Assembly: GCF_001194135.2 (NCBI RefSeq)
Contig: NC_068997.1
Coordinates: 21,149,776-21,213,775, forward strand
Length of the DNA stretch: 64,000 bases
Source of the DNA: Octopus bimaculoides
Taxonomy: Eukaryota
Direction of reading: 5' to 3'
Both the position numbers and the translations under genes were made by a program. This document shows, one piece after another, positions 1 through 12,710 of this stretch. Numbering within the stretch: position 1 is the first letter of the stretch; each line of letters starts with the position of its first letter. The notes beneath the pieces are model-generated. The model was not told the origin of the DNA, made no database searches, and saw only the letters and a program-made list of their open reading frames with translations.

Positions 1-48
<48 letters not shown>
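1..48. repeat. (TA)n microsatellite
   Basis: Direct. Confidence 0.98.
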
Positions 49-50
<2 letters not shown>

Positions 51-443
51 GCGCACATACGGGGTTTAACGGAAACACATCTAGGTGTTAATCAAACATA
101 TCTTTGATCAATGAAGTATTGTCAAAAGGACTAATGGTGAAAAAAAATTAATAACTATATATATGTACAAAAAAACCCCAAAGATTCAATCAGAATATTA
201 AGGTGTGATGGTCAATCAGGGAGGAAACTGGCAGCTACGGTTGACCATGGAACACAGAAGAGCACCAACAAAGTCGGTCATAAGGACAGAAAACACAAGA
301 GTGTTCTTGACCTGATACGTTCGATGCTCTCCTTCAGTTCATTTATGAGTTAGAACGACAATAGAAGGGTGTCATACGCTTGCAAATTATCTATTTGTCT
401 GTCCATATATAGAGAGAGGTAAATAGCTAGCTAGGTAGCTAAC

Positions 444-481
<38 letters not shown>

Positions 482-843
482 TGATAGACATATATAGACA
501 TACAGATATATATATATANNNNNNNNNNNNNNNNNNNNNNNNNNNNNNNNNNNNNNNNNNNNNNNNNNNNNNNNNNNNNNNNNNNNNNNNNNNNNNNNNN
601 NNNNNNNNNNNNNNNNNNNNNNNNNNNNNNNNNNNNNNNNNNNNNNNNNNNNNNNNNNNNNNNNNNNNNNNNNNNNNNNNNNNNNNNNNNNNNNNNNNNN
701 NNNNNNNNNNNNNNNNNNNNNNNNNNNNNNNNNNNNNNNNNNNNNNNNNNNNNNNNNNNNNNNNNNNNNNNNNNNNNNNNNNNNNNNNNNNNNNNNNNNN
801 NNNNNNNNNNNNNNNNNNNNNNNNNNNNNNNNNNNNNNNNNNN

Positions 844-887
<44 letters not shown>

Positions 888-1497
888 TCACACACACGAG
901 AAAGTACAATAATAACAATGCTGTATATTGAGGTTAGTCGAAACACCAATAATCTATTATAATCTTGCCTTAAAAGATGAGTCGAATTCAGTGAAATGAA
1001 AAATTAGCCATAATTAGTGTTAAAAGCAAGAATGTGTTATAATTATTAGACGCTTCGATGGTAAGTAAGGTTTTCTTTCGGATTTCTTTTTATGTATTTT
1101 TATATATTTTGTTGAGCTTTTTATATTCGTGTTAGTTTCTCTTTTATTTATTTGTTATATATTTTTAACTTTCTCTTTATTTTTATTCCTTTTTTTTTCT
1201 CTCATTCTTTTATTATTATTGCTTCTTGTATTTTTTTTATTTTTTGTTTTGTGCTCTTCAAATATGGCCGACATATTTTATCATTATTCACAGCATGACT
1301 TCTATTCTATCATTATTCCAAGCATGGCCTCTGTCTCTGTGTTTGTGTGTATGTGTGTGTTGTGTGTGAGTGTGTGTGTGTGTCTCTCTGTGTGTGTGTG
1401 TGTGTCTCTGTGTGTGTGAGTGTACGAGCAAACGAGTGAGTCTGAGTGTCTGTGTGTACATGTTTGAATGTGAATATATGCAGAAGAGTGGAAGTGT

Positions 1498-1533
<36 letters not shown>

Positions 1534-1921
1534 ATAGGCTTATGCACGTGTATGCATGTGTGTATGTGTGTGTATGTGAGTATTGTAATCATCAAAATCA
1601 AATAGCAACTATAATTTCATTGATCAATTAATGCTTTATGGATATCTGGAATAAATAAACAAATAAATTAAAATATGAGAGCGAACGAATGAGATAGAGC
1701 GATAGCTAGACAGATATAGTTGAGGAAGTGTGTGTGTGTGTGGTTGAAGGCGGGAGAAGACAGGACGAACATTATATAAACGTTAATATCCATTTGACTA
1801 CGTTTATAATTTTTTATTTTATGTATATATATATATTTGTTTCTAGATAGAGATTATATATATATATTACAAAAAATGTCTTTGCAGACATAAGACCAAA
1901 CTGAATTCAATACATATCTAC

Positions 1922-1975
<54 letters not shown>

Positions 1976-2319
1976 ATCACTAAAATGTGAATGGAGAAAC
2001 GGTGGGATGGAAAGGAACAAGAAGGGGTGGAAGAGAAAAGTAAACATAGAAATGAAATAAGGCACAACATTTTAAGTATTACAAAATCTGAACTTAAATG
2101 AACTAAGTTTTTTTTTCCGCGTTAAACGCGCACGCGCGATTGTGTACACGTATATATATTTGTTTGCGTGTACATTATTACGTGCTCATGATTATGGATG
2201 TGTGTGTGTGTATGTGTGCGTGTGTATGTGTGCGTGTATGTATGTTTGTGTGTATGTATGTACTCGTATATACAAGTACATGAATGCATATCTGAAAGAA
2301 TACCCATTGTCACGCATAC

Positions 2320-2362
<43 letters not shown>

Positions 2363-2393
2363 ACAGTAATGGATGTTTGTCGTTGTGCACAAT

Positions 2394-2432
<39 letters not shown>

Positions 2433-4070
2433 ACATATTCACACGTAAATATGTATATATGTATACATAAACGTGCAACATGAAAGTAAAGACAAAAAAT
2501 GTGTTTTTGTACTTTGCTTTTCATTTCATATTTTTGAAAAAAAGCCCCCTCAAAAAAACTAGAAATATACACCATAATATACATACATACACACACAAAC
2601 ACACACACACACATATATAAGTGTGCATATTTCTAGTTCTTTGTAGGGAATTATATACATACATATATATATATATGTATGTATGTATGTATGATATGAA
2701 ATTAAACGAAAATTAACATAAATCCCATGCACGCTGCGTTGCACCATATGTCAACATTACTTTCCGAATCGACTTCTAAAACCCTTCTAAAACCCTCCTA
2801 ACACATCCACCCCTTTCACTGCTGTTTCATACACTTCATCATTTGATCGTATTCTATCCGGATTTGGAACTTTAACCAGCCTCGCTTCTCTCTATATCCT
2901 GTTCTCTGCACGTTTCTTTTATCTTTTTTTTTTCTTTATGTATTTAGTTAGGTTGGAGTTTTTTTCTTAAATGTTTAAATGTTTTTTTTTCTTTTTATCT
3001 TATTATTCATTTTCCCTTTCTCTATTGGTCTATTCCTTTTTTTTCTCCCTTCCGCCCTCGTTTATTTAGATATTCATATACTTATATATATATATGTATN
3101 NNNNNNNNNNNNNNNNNNNNNNNNNNNNNNNNNNNNNNNNNNNNNNNNNNNNNNNNNNNNNNNNNNNNNNNNNNNNNNNNNNNNNNNNNNNNNNNNNNNN
3201 NNNNNNNNNNNNNNNNNNNNNNNNNNNNNNNNNNNNNNNNNNNNNNNNNNNNNNNNNNNNNNNNNNNNNNNNNNNNNNNNNNNNNNNNNNNNNNNNNNNN
3301 NNNNNNNNNNNNNNNNNNNNNNNNNNNNNNNNNNNNNNNNNNNNNNNNNNNNNNNNNNNNNNNNNNNNNNNNNNNNNNNNNNNNNNNNNNNNNNNNNNNN
3401 NNNNNNNNNNNNNNNNNNNNNNNNNNNNNNNNNNNNNNNNNNNNNNNNNNNNNNNNNNNNNNNNNNNNNNNNNNNNNNNNNNNNNNNNNNNNNNNNNNNN
3501 NNNNNNNNNNNNNNNNNNNNNNNNNNNNNNNNNNNNNNNNNNNNNNNNNNNNNNNNNNNNNNNNNNNNNNNNNNNNNNNNNNNNNNNNNNNNNNNNNNNN
3601 NNNNNNNNNNNNNNNNNNNNNNNNNNNNNNNNNNNNNNNNNNNNNNNNNNNNNNNNNNNNNNNNNNNNNNNNNNNNNNNNNNNNNNNNNNNNNNNNNNNN
3701 NNNNNNNNNNNNNNNNNNNNNNNNNNNNNNNNNNNNNNNNNNNNNNNNNNNNNNNNNNNNNNNNNNNNNNNNNNNNNNNNNNNNNNNNNNNNNNNNNNNN
3801 NNNNNNNNTATATATATATATATATATATATATGCATGCATTTGTGTGTCTGTGTATATATTTGTATGTGCGTGTGCGTATGTACTCTAATCTTTTTATC
3901 GATCTGTCTGCCTGCCTGTCTGTCTGTATATTTATGTCTCTATAGCTAGTAACTATCTATGTATCTGTATGCCTTTATACATATGCGCGCGCACGCACAT
4001 ATATTAATCCCTCTATCTGTATGTATGTGTATGTGTCTATCTATCTATGTACCAATCCATCTCTCTTCTA

Positions 4071-4122
<52 letters not shown>

Positions 4123-4167
4123 ATATACGTATATATATGGAGAATATCTTGATCTCATCTATGAGGT

Positions 4168-4207
<40 letters not shown>

Positions 4208-4668
4208 GTACGTATGTATGTGTACATATCTGTTTTTCTATCTGTCCATCTAAACGTCTCAATATAGTCTATCTGTCTGTCTATTCATCTAACGTATCTA
4301 TTTAGCTATTGTCTATATACTCCAGCCGTACGGATTGAGTATGTTTCTCCTCTTCAGTAATGACCCCTGAGCTCGCAACTCGATGCCTGTATTCACCTGG
4401 CCTCGGTTCACTCTGTTGCCAACGGAATTACATTAATCTAATCTATTTTTATTATAATACACCGAATTCACTTTGATCACAAGCATAACGACGCCATTTT
4501 TAATTGAACCATCATAGTTCAGAGAGGGGATTATTCTAAAGTTATTGAGCCTTCAATCGTGTGTGATTCAGTCAAAGCGAGGCCAAGAAGTAGGTCGGCA
4601 TTCATGAACGATTTCTCTCCCTTGCATTTCTCTCCGCAACTTCTCTCTTACCCTCTGTTTTCCTCTGT

Positions 4669-4674
<6 letters not shown>

Positions 4675-4732
<58 letters not shown>

Positions 4733-4751
4733 CTATCTCTCTCTCTCTCTC
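4675..4751. repeat. Compound (CT)n-(CTAT)n-(CT)n microsatellite
   Basis: Direct. Confidence 0.95.
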
Positions 4752-5327
4752 CCTACCAACCACCAGCAGATGTCAGTGTGAACTGTGATTCACCAATTAT
4801 TGGTGCCACTTAAAGATCCACTTGGCAGATATTACTCTTTTCATCTTTGCAATTGCAGTTATCCTTGTTGTTATTGTTAACAATCGTTTCCCAGCTGTCA
4901 TTAGCATAGCAATAAGTAGGAAGCATTTGGATCCCTTTCTCTCGCCTTCTATTCAAATATATTTTCCTTTTTTTTTTCCCCCCTGTTAAAATACATAATC
5001 AAACAAACAAAGTTAATATTACAAAACATTTAAAATATACAAATACAATGCAATTCTAAGCTTGTTTTGTTTTCTATTTTTTCTTTCCTCTCCAATATCG
5101 TTTAATCCTTTGTCCTCAGTTTTGTGGATGTTATTATAAAGGCATTAATAAATTATAATTTATTTATGCAGAAAAATTAGAATACGCTTAAAGAAAAGCA
5201 AAAACAAAAGAGAAAACAAAAAAAAACAAGCGAAAACTTGTTTTGGAATGATTTACTCGGCTGTCTGTTCATCTTTCTCTCTGTCTGACTATCTGTCGTT
5301 TTTTCTCTCTCTCTCTTGCCTATATTG

Positions 5328-5386
<59 letters not shown>

Positions 5387-5664
5387 TCATCTCTCTCTCT
5401 CGCTTCATCTCTCTCTCTCTCTCTCTCATTTTTCCGCGCTTTTTGCTCATTCTCTCACCATGGTTCAATGTTTCACTTTCTAAACAAGGTAAATATAAAA
5501 TACAGATTGGTAGATAGATAAGCATACATGCACACTTACATGCACACATACACACACGCACACACATGAGCACACGCACACATACATAGATGTGTGTGTA
5601 TTTGTACGCATATGTAAGTGTGCGTATGAATCTATGGATATGAGCATTTATGTTTATGTATATA

Positions 5665-5688
5665 CAGAGAGGACGGACGTTTTTGAAA
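5665..5688 (+). repeat. Left terminal inverted repeat of the mariner-like element
   Basis: CAGAGAGGACGGACGTTTTTGAAA, preceded by TA. Confidence 0.88.
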
Positions 5689-5795
5689 AATTCACAAAAT
5701 CATTAATTTTAGCTGCAAACAAATTTTACTGACATCAATGTATTCGTATTGAAAACAATTCGTGGAAAACAACATCCATCATGTGGTGTTCGTTT

Positions 5796-6223
5796 TCATT
5801 TACGCATTTCTGAAGGCATTCTTGAAAGTTGGCTTCCACTCTCTCCAGCATTGCTCTGTGCATAGTCCCATGGTTTCAACTGTTGCTCAATGACCAATTT
5901 GCACGGGTCTTCATGCAAAATACGCTTTACCGATCGATTACCGATACCAATTTCAGTGGAAGGCCTCTGAGCAGAGCGATTCGGACTCCCCATTTTCCGA
6001 GGTCCGTACTGTTCGTGGCGCCCCCTACTGGTCTCCTATTCATTAGTGTACCTCGTGTACAAAATGCATTCACCCAGCGTAAGATTGTGTTACGGGTGGG
6101 AACAACCTAATTTCGGTGAATGTTGAAGTGAAGCCGAAGCTCACGCTGAACTGCTATGACTGACTCGTTATTCTTGTAACTCTCGTAGGCAGACACGTGA
6201 TGCCCAATCGTCCACAGTGCCAT
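5796..6223 (-). pseudogene. Decayed transposase N-terminal region (DUF4817-like HTH plus linker); catalytic DDD/E domain deleted
   Basis: From ATG at 6223 the minus strand reads MALWTIGHHVSAYESYKNNESVIAVQRELRLHFNIHRN*VVPTRNTILRWVNAFCTRGTLMNRRPVG. After a frameshift it reads APRTVRTSEN, then SPNRSAQRPSTEIGIGNRSVKRILHEDPCKLVIEQQLKPWDYAQ. This parallels, from memory, DUF4817 Tc1/mariner transposases (MEQWT..H....ETFFKN.DSV..QR.FR.HFNI....VP.RNTI..WV..F...SPRRSARR...LGISNRSVRRILH.DL..HPYK...QEL). Confidence 0.82.
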
Positions 6224-6317
6224 GGCTTCACCTGAAAATTAAAAAATGCTAAGACACCACGGACCGAATGGTATCTGTCGGATATCTGTCCCTTACCCTG
6301 AGGCTGAGTAATAGAGA

Positions 6318-6341
6318 TTTCAAAAACGTCAGTCCTCTCTG
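6318..6341 (-). repeat. Right terminal inverted repeat of the mariner-like element
   Basis: TTTCAAAAACGTCAGTCCTCTCTG is the reverse complement of the left TIR with one mismatch. Confidence 0.88.
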
Positions 6342-6449
6342 CTCCTTTTATTATGAGTGTGTGCGCTTTACAAGAGAAGGAGAGGAAGAAAAAGAGAAGA
6401 AAAGAGGAAAAGAAAGAAAACAAACTATGCAATTAGTATATAGTCTGAT

Positions 6450-6452
6450 ATG

Positions 6453-6483
<31 letters not shown>

Positions 6484-6704
6484 TGTATGTATGTACGTGT
6501 ATGTGTGTGAAGGAAGAGAGAGACTGTGTGTGCGTGTATGTGATAGAGAGAGAGAGAGAGGAAGAGAGAGATAGGGAGAGAGAGAGTGAGAGAGAGAGGA
6601 AGAGAGAGAGTGAGAGAGAGGAAGAGAGAGAGTGAGAGAGAGGAAGAGAGAGAGACTGTGTACGTGTATGTGATATATAGAGAGAGAGGAAGAGAGAGTG
6701 AGAG

Positions 6705-6754
<50 letters not shown>

Positions 6755-6766
6755 TGTGTGTGTGTG
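6450..6766. repeat. Compound (TATG)n / GA-rich higher-order / (TG)n repeat
   Basis: Direct; the GAGAGAGGAAGAGAGAGAGTGA unit (about 22 bp) is reiterated. Confidence 0.93.
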
Positions 6767-7924
6767 TATCTGCGTTTGAAGGCATGCATGCGTGCCGAAG
6801 CATTTGAATTGTTATAGAAGAAACGTGCATAAATTCATCTATGCTACAATATACTCATTACTACATATAAGCATACACAGACATGTGTGTGGATATATTT
6901 ATACACACACATACTTCTAGGCATACATACATACTTACGTATGTACGTACGTACATATATACATACATACAATACGTAAATATAATTACCTCGTCAAGCG
7001 GATCTCATGTGTTTGTGGGATCGAATTAGGAATACCATAAAATACCGTAGTGGGTCGATAACTGAAGCCTTTCGACCCCAAAGCACATTTTATTGTGACC
7101 TCCACTCAGTTAAAGGATCCCTTTTTACGGTTATCTGCACCGCCAGATCTTTATTTATACAAGGAATAAAATCACGTATGTCGCAGTCAAAGGACTTTAT
7201 CGCCATGACTTGTTTTACACGTTCGCATATTTACTGTTTGGTCGTGTCATTCATAGAGACTACAGCAGCGCCATCTATAATGTAACCTAAACATAACAAG
7301 TAAAAGATCTGCTTTTGTTTTATTAGAACAAAGTGGGTGGGATTATGTGGAGATTAACTCACCTCTACACCAGGGAGTTTTGGACGTTGGACGAAGCAAA
7401 TCGCTCTGCTTTGCTAGCTATCAAATTCAGATCTTTTCGACCATGAACGACATATGAACAGAACACATTACAAACAAATGATTATATTCTAGAATATCCT
7501 CACCACATTCTAAAAAAATAGATAATAACAATAATAATTATAAAGAAAAAGAAAGATAGAAAGAAAGAAGGCAGAAAATAAGTCGTCTCTTATCCGTGAT
7601 TCTTATTACTTTCTTTCCTCCTCTCTTCCTATCTATGAGCTTTAGTACTTCTGTACTTTATCCATAGAGGAGATGCTTCGAAATTTCAAACCAGCGGGAT
7701 TCTGGTCATTCCGAAACGAAAACTATTATCGTGTAGAGGAGACATATTAACCGTTCTAAAATACGTAGTGACTCAACTTCACTGAAATATTTATCATACG
7801 GTGTCAAGATTTTCGTCGCACCAGCTGCAACCTCGTCACTGATACGGTTCCCCTGCAACTGGTGTGAGGTGATGTTGTTGGTGAGCATATAGAGGTCTGG
7901 TCACTTAGAAGAAGAAATATTACT

Positions 7925-8150
7925 TGTGGATTCTATAGCCAACATGGTAGTCTCTGTTTCTTGACCTTTGAGAAAAAGCAGTGAAAACTCAAAATCTCAC
8001 TTAAATCACACCCTAGAGTAAAAACTTTTTAAAATGAATGGAATTTGTGTTCGAAGGTATTCAGAAAAGATGGGTCGTCCATGATTGGAACGCCTTTGGT
8101 CATCATAGGATCTGTTCGATCAGGGCTGATCTTGCACTAAACAGTAACAG
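7925..8150 (+). mobile_element. Old dispersed repeat family B (probable SINE body, (AAC)n tail)
   Basis: AAATCTCACTTAAATCACACCCT...GGAACGCCTTTGGTCATCATAGGATCTGTTCGATCAGGGCTGATC...CTAAACA. These blocks recur at the other family B sites. Confidence 0.7.
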
Positions 8151-8285
8151 TGTCACCACCATCACCACAACACAACCAGCAATAGCAACAAGAACACTTG
8201 TTCGTGGTAGTTGCGAATCCAACAGCAACAACAGGTGCTAGGTTACTTTGTTATTGACATACTGCATTCAGGATGTTCTACACAT

Positions 8286-8336
<51 letters not shown>

Positions 8337-8589
8337 NNNNNNNNNNNNNNNNNNNNNNNNNNNNNNNNNNNNNNNNNNNNNNNNNNNNNNNNNNNNNNNN
8401 NNNNNNNNNNNNNNNNNNNNNNNNNNNNNNNNNNNNNNNNNNNNNNNNNNNNNNNNNNNNNNNNNNNNNNNNNNNNNNNNNNNNNNNNNNNNNNNNNNNN
8501 NNNNNNNNNNNNNNNNNNNNNNNNNNATATATATATATATATATATACATAGGCACATGCATATAAAAACAATCAAGCCTGGTTTCTTT

Positions 8590-8790
8590 CGAATCGGTGA
8601 GAGACCTCTACGTGATTGCTTGGCATCCTAAAAAGAGAACCCAAATCTCTGTCCTGTTCTTAGGAAAGAATACACAGATAGGGGAAAAAAATTAGATGGC
8701 CCCGTTTGCAATGATCCTTGGTCTGTTCCGTCAGGCTGGAGCGAAGTGGGGTGGGCTTAACAACAACAACAGCAGCAACAATAACAACTA
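8590..8790 (+). mobile_element. Family B repeat, diverged
   Basis: GAGACCTCTACGTGATTGC...CCAAATCTC...GGTCTGTTCCGTCAGGCTG...CTTAACAACAACAAC. Confidence 0.6.
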
Positions 8791-8815
8791 CACAATAGGA
8801 CAATAAGTTTTCTGT

Positions 8816-9015
8816 GTCGTTAAGACATCGGTAAAAACGCCTTGCTGTATTTCTACGGGCTTTTTAAATTTATGGTTCAATTCCTGCCGGGGTTCACTTT
8901 ACCTTGCATTCTTACAGGGCCGATAATAAAATAAAGTATCGGTCAAGTACAAGGATATTGATTAACACATTTATCCCTCAAAATTGCTGGCCTTGTGCTT
9001 AAATTTGTAACCGCT
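8816..9015 (+). mobile_element. SINE family A, diverged (first of a tandem pair)
   Basis: GGTTCAATTCCTGCCGGGGTTCACTTTACCTTGCATTC...GGCCTTGTGCTTAAATTTG. Confidence 0.7.
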
Positions 9016-9024
9016 ATTTGGCTT

Positions 9025-9260
9025 GTGAACGATGAATTGGCATGATCGTTAGAGAGCCGGTAAAAATACCTTGCGGGTTCTTTCTTGCAGCTCTGTACAT
9101 TCTAAGTTCAAATCCCGCTAAGGTCAAAATGCTACCTTTTATCCTTCCGTGATTGATAATTAATAATTAATATAAAGTACCAGTCAAGTACTGGGGGCGA
9201 TGGCATCGACTAACCTTATCTTGAAATCTTAGGTCTTGTTCCTGAATTAGAAGCAATTAT
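9025..9260 (+). mobile_element. SINE family A, diverged (second of a tandem pair)
   Basis: GAATTGGCATGATCGTTAG...AAGTTCAAATCCCGCTAAGGTC...AAAGTACCAGTCAAGTACTGGGGGCGATGGCATCGACT. Confidence 0.75.
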
Positions 9261-9904
9261 TTGCCTGTTTGTATGCTTGTGTATCTTTGGGTTTTTTGTT
9301 TTTTTGTGCAGGATTTAGTTTTCTTTTTTCGTTTCATTTATTCCCCCATTGTTCTTTTTACTTTAAATGACGATATTACTGAGATTTCCCCCTCTCCTTC
9401 TTCCTTTCTTCCTTTCTTCCTTTCTTTCTTTATAGTCAATCTTGTCTTCATTGCAAGTTCATTCATTTATGTTGTATTTATTATTGTTGTTGATGATGTT
9501 ATACTTTGTCATTGTCGTTATTGCTGTTATTGTTATTGTTTGGGGGTTTTTGTTTTTTTTTATACGTGGATGCCGCCGTTGGTCGTTGTTTTTTTTTTGT
9601 TTTTTGTTTTTTTGTCTTTTAGCAGCAACATATATCGATAAAGCCGCTATACAATTAATTATCAACGGAGTTAAAGCTCACCTCAGAATTCAATAACCAG
9701 ACAGCCATTACCCATTACCTTACCACCATCACCACCACCACCACCAACACCAACACCAACACTACAACTACCATCACTATCACGAACACTACCACCACCA
9801 CCAACAAGAACAACACTACCACCACCACCAGCAACACCAACACCACTACCATCAACAACAACTTAACCAACACAGACACACGTGCAAACCTACACATACA
9901 AACG

Positions 9905-9944
<40 letters not shown>

Positions 9945-9952
9945 CACACACA

Positions 9953-9998
<46 letters not shown>

Positions 9999-10617
9999 CA
10001 TATACACACGCTTACTCACATATACAGAAAGTGTCACATACACACACATATACACGCATATACACAGAGGTACACAAAAACATATTCACTCACAACCGTT
10101 TACGCACACACATATACACACACACATATACACACACACACATCATATACATGCACACATACCCCTATCCTCACAATGCTTCATTTTTATTATTTTTTTT
10201 TCAATAATTAATCTTAGTATTTTTTTAGGGTTTCTTTTTTTTGTTTTGCCTTTTGTTTTCTTTTGTTTTTTGGGGGCATTAAATTCCTCCTCACCCTGAA
10301 TATCACCTAACCAACCACCCAACGAACCAACCAGCCAACCAAGCAACCACCACCACCACCACCACTACTACTACTGCTCTTACCATCGCCACCACCATCA
10401 TCATGGCGAGCAACAGCAAGAACAACAACAGGAATAATAAGAACAATAAGACCAAGGACAATAACGGCGGGTGAAACAGAACAAATTGAACTCCAGGCAT
10501 GATGGTGTGGTGGTGGTGGTGGTGGTGGTGGTCGTGGTCGTCGTCGTCGTCGTCGTCGTCGTGGCGGTGGTCGTAGTGAGGGAGAGAGGAAGGGAGGAGA
10601 TGAATAAAATAAAACAA

Positions 10618-10652
<35 letters not shown>

Positions 10653-10910
10653 NNNNNNNNNNNNNNNNNNNNNNNNNNNNNNNNNNNNNNNNNNNNNNNN
10701 NNNNNNNNNNNNNNNNNNNNNNNNNNNNNNNNNNNNNNNNNNNNNNNNNNNNNNNNNNNNNNNNNNNNNNNNNNNNNNNNNNNNNNNNNNNNNNNNNNNN
10801 NNNNNNNNNNNNNNNNNNNNNNNNNNNNNNNNNNNNNNNNNNNNNNNNNNNNNNNNNNNNNNNNNNNNNNNNNNNNNNNNNNNNNNNNNNNNNNNNNNNN
10901 NNNNNNNNNN

Positions 10911-10943
<33 letters not shown>

Positions 10944-11109
10944 TAATAATAAAGTTAGCTCATTAAAATTTCCGTAACCCTGCAGTAATTAGCTTTACTT
11001 TGGAAATTATAACCAATAAAATGGGTGACAGGATCAGAATAGCACCGGAATATCGGAAAAGAAAAGAAAAACGACATTGGTCACCGTCTTCTACTTTTGC
11101 TTCTTGTAA

Positions 11110-11256
11110 TTCTTCTTCTTCTTCTTCTTCTTCTTCTTCTTCTTCTTCTTCTTCTTCTTCGTTCCACTTCTTTTACTTCCTATGTTTCTCTGTACCCATA
11201 TTTCTGTTAGATTTTTGCTTCCGCCTTTCTTTCCTCTTCCATTTTTCCTCTCTTTA

Positions 11257-11288
<32 letters not shown>

Positions 11289-11583
11289 TTGCCGTCTTTC
11301 TTTCTTTCTTCACTTATTTATTTGTTTCTTTCTTTCTTTCTTCATTGGTCTATTTTTCTGTCTTCAATTATACTTCTTCTCATTGTTCTCTTAATTTCTT
11401 TTAATTATCTCTTCTTTTTCTTCATCATCATTCGCTTCATCTTCATCGAAGACATTATTGAGGTTGTCGTCGTCTTTGTCATCATCACTATCACGATTTT
11501 CTTCTTCTTCTTGTTCTTCTTCTTCTTCTTCTTCTTCTTCTTCTTCTTCTTCTTCTTCTTCTTCTTCTTCTTCTTCTTCTTCT
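11110..11583. repeat. Two (TTC)n tracts (11110-11160, 11499-11583) with (TTTC)n between; polypyrimidine tract
   Basis: Direct. Confidence 0.95.
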
Positions 11584-11870
11584 ATGTAATATACTTTGCG
11601 TCAATGCTTCCTACGCCCATTTACTAGTCTTCACCATTATTCTACTAAAGTAGCATCTATCGGATTTCCGGGGATTTTGGTTTCCCGGATATTTTGTTTC
11701 GTTTCCTAGTTTTATATTTCCCTGTTTCATAAGGAACGATTCTAGACAAAAGAACTTCCATATTAATTATACTAATTAATAAATTTACAACTCCTTTTCA
11801 GTCTAAACTTTTACATAAGTGACCCCTTATATATTTCATAACTCGTTTATTTAGATTTTTTTTTTCTGGG

Positions 11871-12105
11871 TGGCGGTGAACTGGCAGAGTCGTTAGAGCA
11901 TCGGACAACACGCTTTACGACATTTCTTCCGGTTCTTTTTCTTCCTGTTCTGTACCTTCTGAGTTCAAAAACGTCACCCAGGTAGACTCTTCCCTACATC
12001 CTCTCGGGCTCAATACAATATGTACCAGTTGAGTATTGGGGTCGATGTAAGCGATTTACCCCCTCCCCTAAATTACTGACCTTGTGCTAAAATTTGAAAT
12101 CATTG
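11871..12105 (+). mobile_element. SINE family A, diverged full length
   Basis: GGCGGTGAACTGGCAGAGTCGTTAG...TTCTGAGTTCAAA...GTACCAGTTGAGTATTGGGGTCGATGTAAGCGA...CCTTGTGCTAAAATTTGAAA. Confidence 0.8.
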
Positions 12106-12594
12106 TATGTTGTTGGTGGTGGAGGAGAGTGCTTATGCTGGTATTATTGACGTTGTTTTGGCTCCAGGTTAGTTCTCAATCAACAGACTAATGATAACGT
12201 TGTCCGGACATTTTTATATATCTTACGCTACATTGGCCAATCAAAGACGCTTTCTTTTCCTCAAAACAGAAATTTGTTTCTTAAACAGAAATTTTTAAAA
12301 AGGGACGAATTTCACAGTTTATTGACCGCTGATCAGAGAAGATGTATCTGACTTCCTTTCCCAGTCAAGAGCATAAATCAGCTGATGCATAAAACAATCA
12401 CGAATTAAGCTAGCACATAAATGGCTAGTTCATTTTGCATGTTTGTGCTTTTTCACTGCCCGTCATAAATTAAGTAATACCCAAGACTACTCACCATATA
12501 TATCCTATTTCTTAAGCTGTTTAACACTGTTGTTTTTGGTGGTTATGTGTGGTGGGTTAGGATGTGTTTGCAGTAATACTTAACACCTAGTTAC

Positions 12595-12710
12595 TCTGAT
12601 CGAAGGTACCTATATTGGAAGGCACTCCAGCTATGATCATCTTGTCTTTTACATTCAGCCAAAGTGTATCCGGAAATACATTATCCAATGTGCTCTTCGG
12701 TTTTTGTTTT
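12595..12710 (-). mobile_element. Family B fragment (further fragments at about 38690-38750 -, 40415-40500 -, 42995-43095 +, 53415-53480 -)
   Basis: GGAAGGCACTCCAGCTATGATCATC...TTATCCAATGTGCTCTT is the reverse complement of the family B middle and 3' blocks. Confidence 0.55.

Larger units (their letters stand above)
5665..6341 (-). mobile_element. Internally deleted Tc1/mariner-superfamily DNA transposon (DUF4817-type HTH transposase remnant) with both TIRs
   Basis: Left end TA|CAGAGAGGACGGACGTTTTTGAAA (5665-5688). The reverse complement of 6318-6341 is CAGAGAGGACTGACGTTTTTGAAA (23/24 identical). TA is present at 5663-5664 but not at the right end. The interior carries a decayed transposase N-terminus. 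Confidence 0.88.

Noticed and set aside
7264-7280. GCAGCGCCATCTATAA, a partial CTCF-like motif (GCGCCATCTAGTGG)
   Set aside because: The conserved 3' GTGG end does not match. A single partial hit is uninformative.
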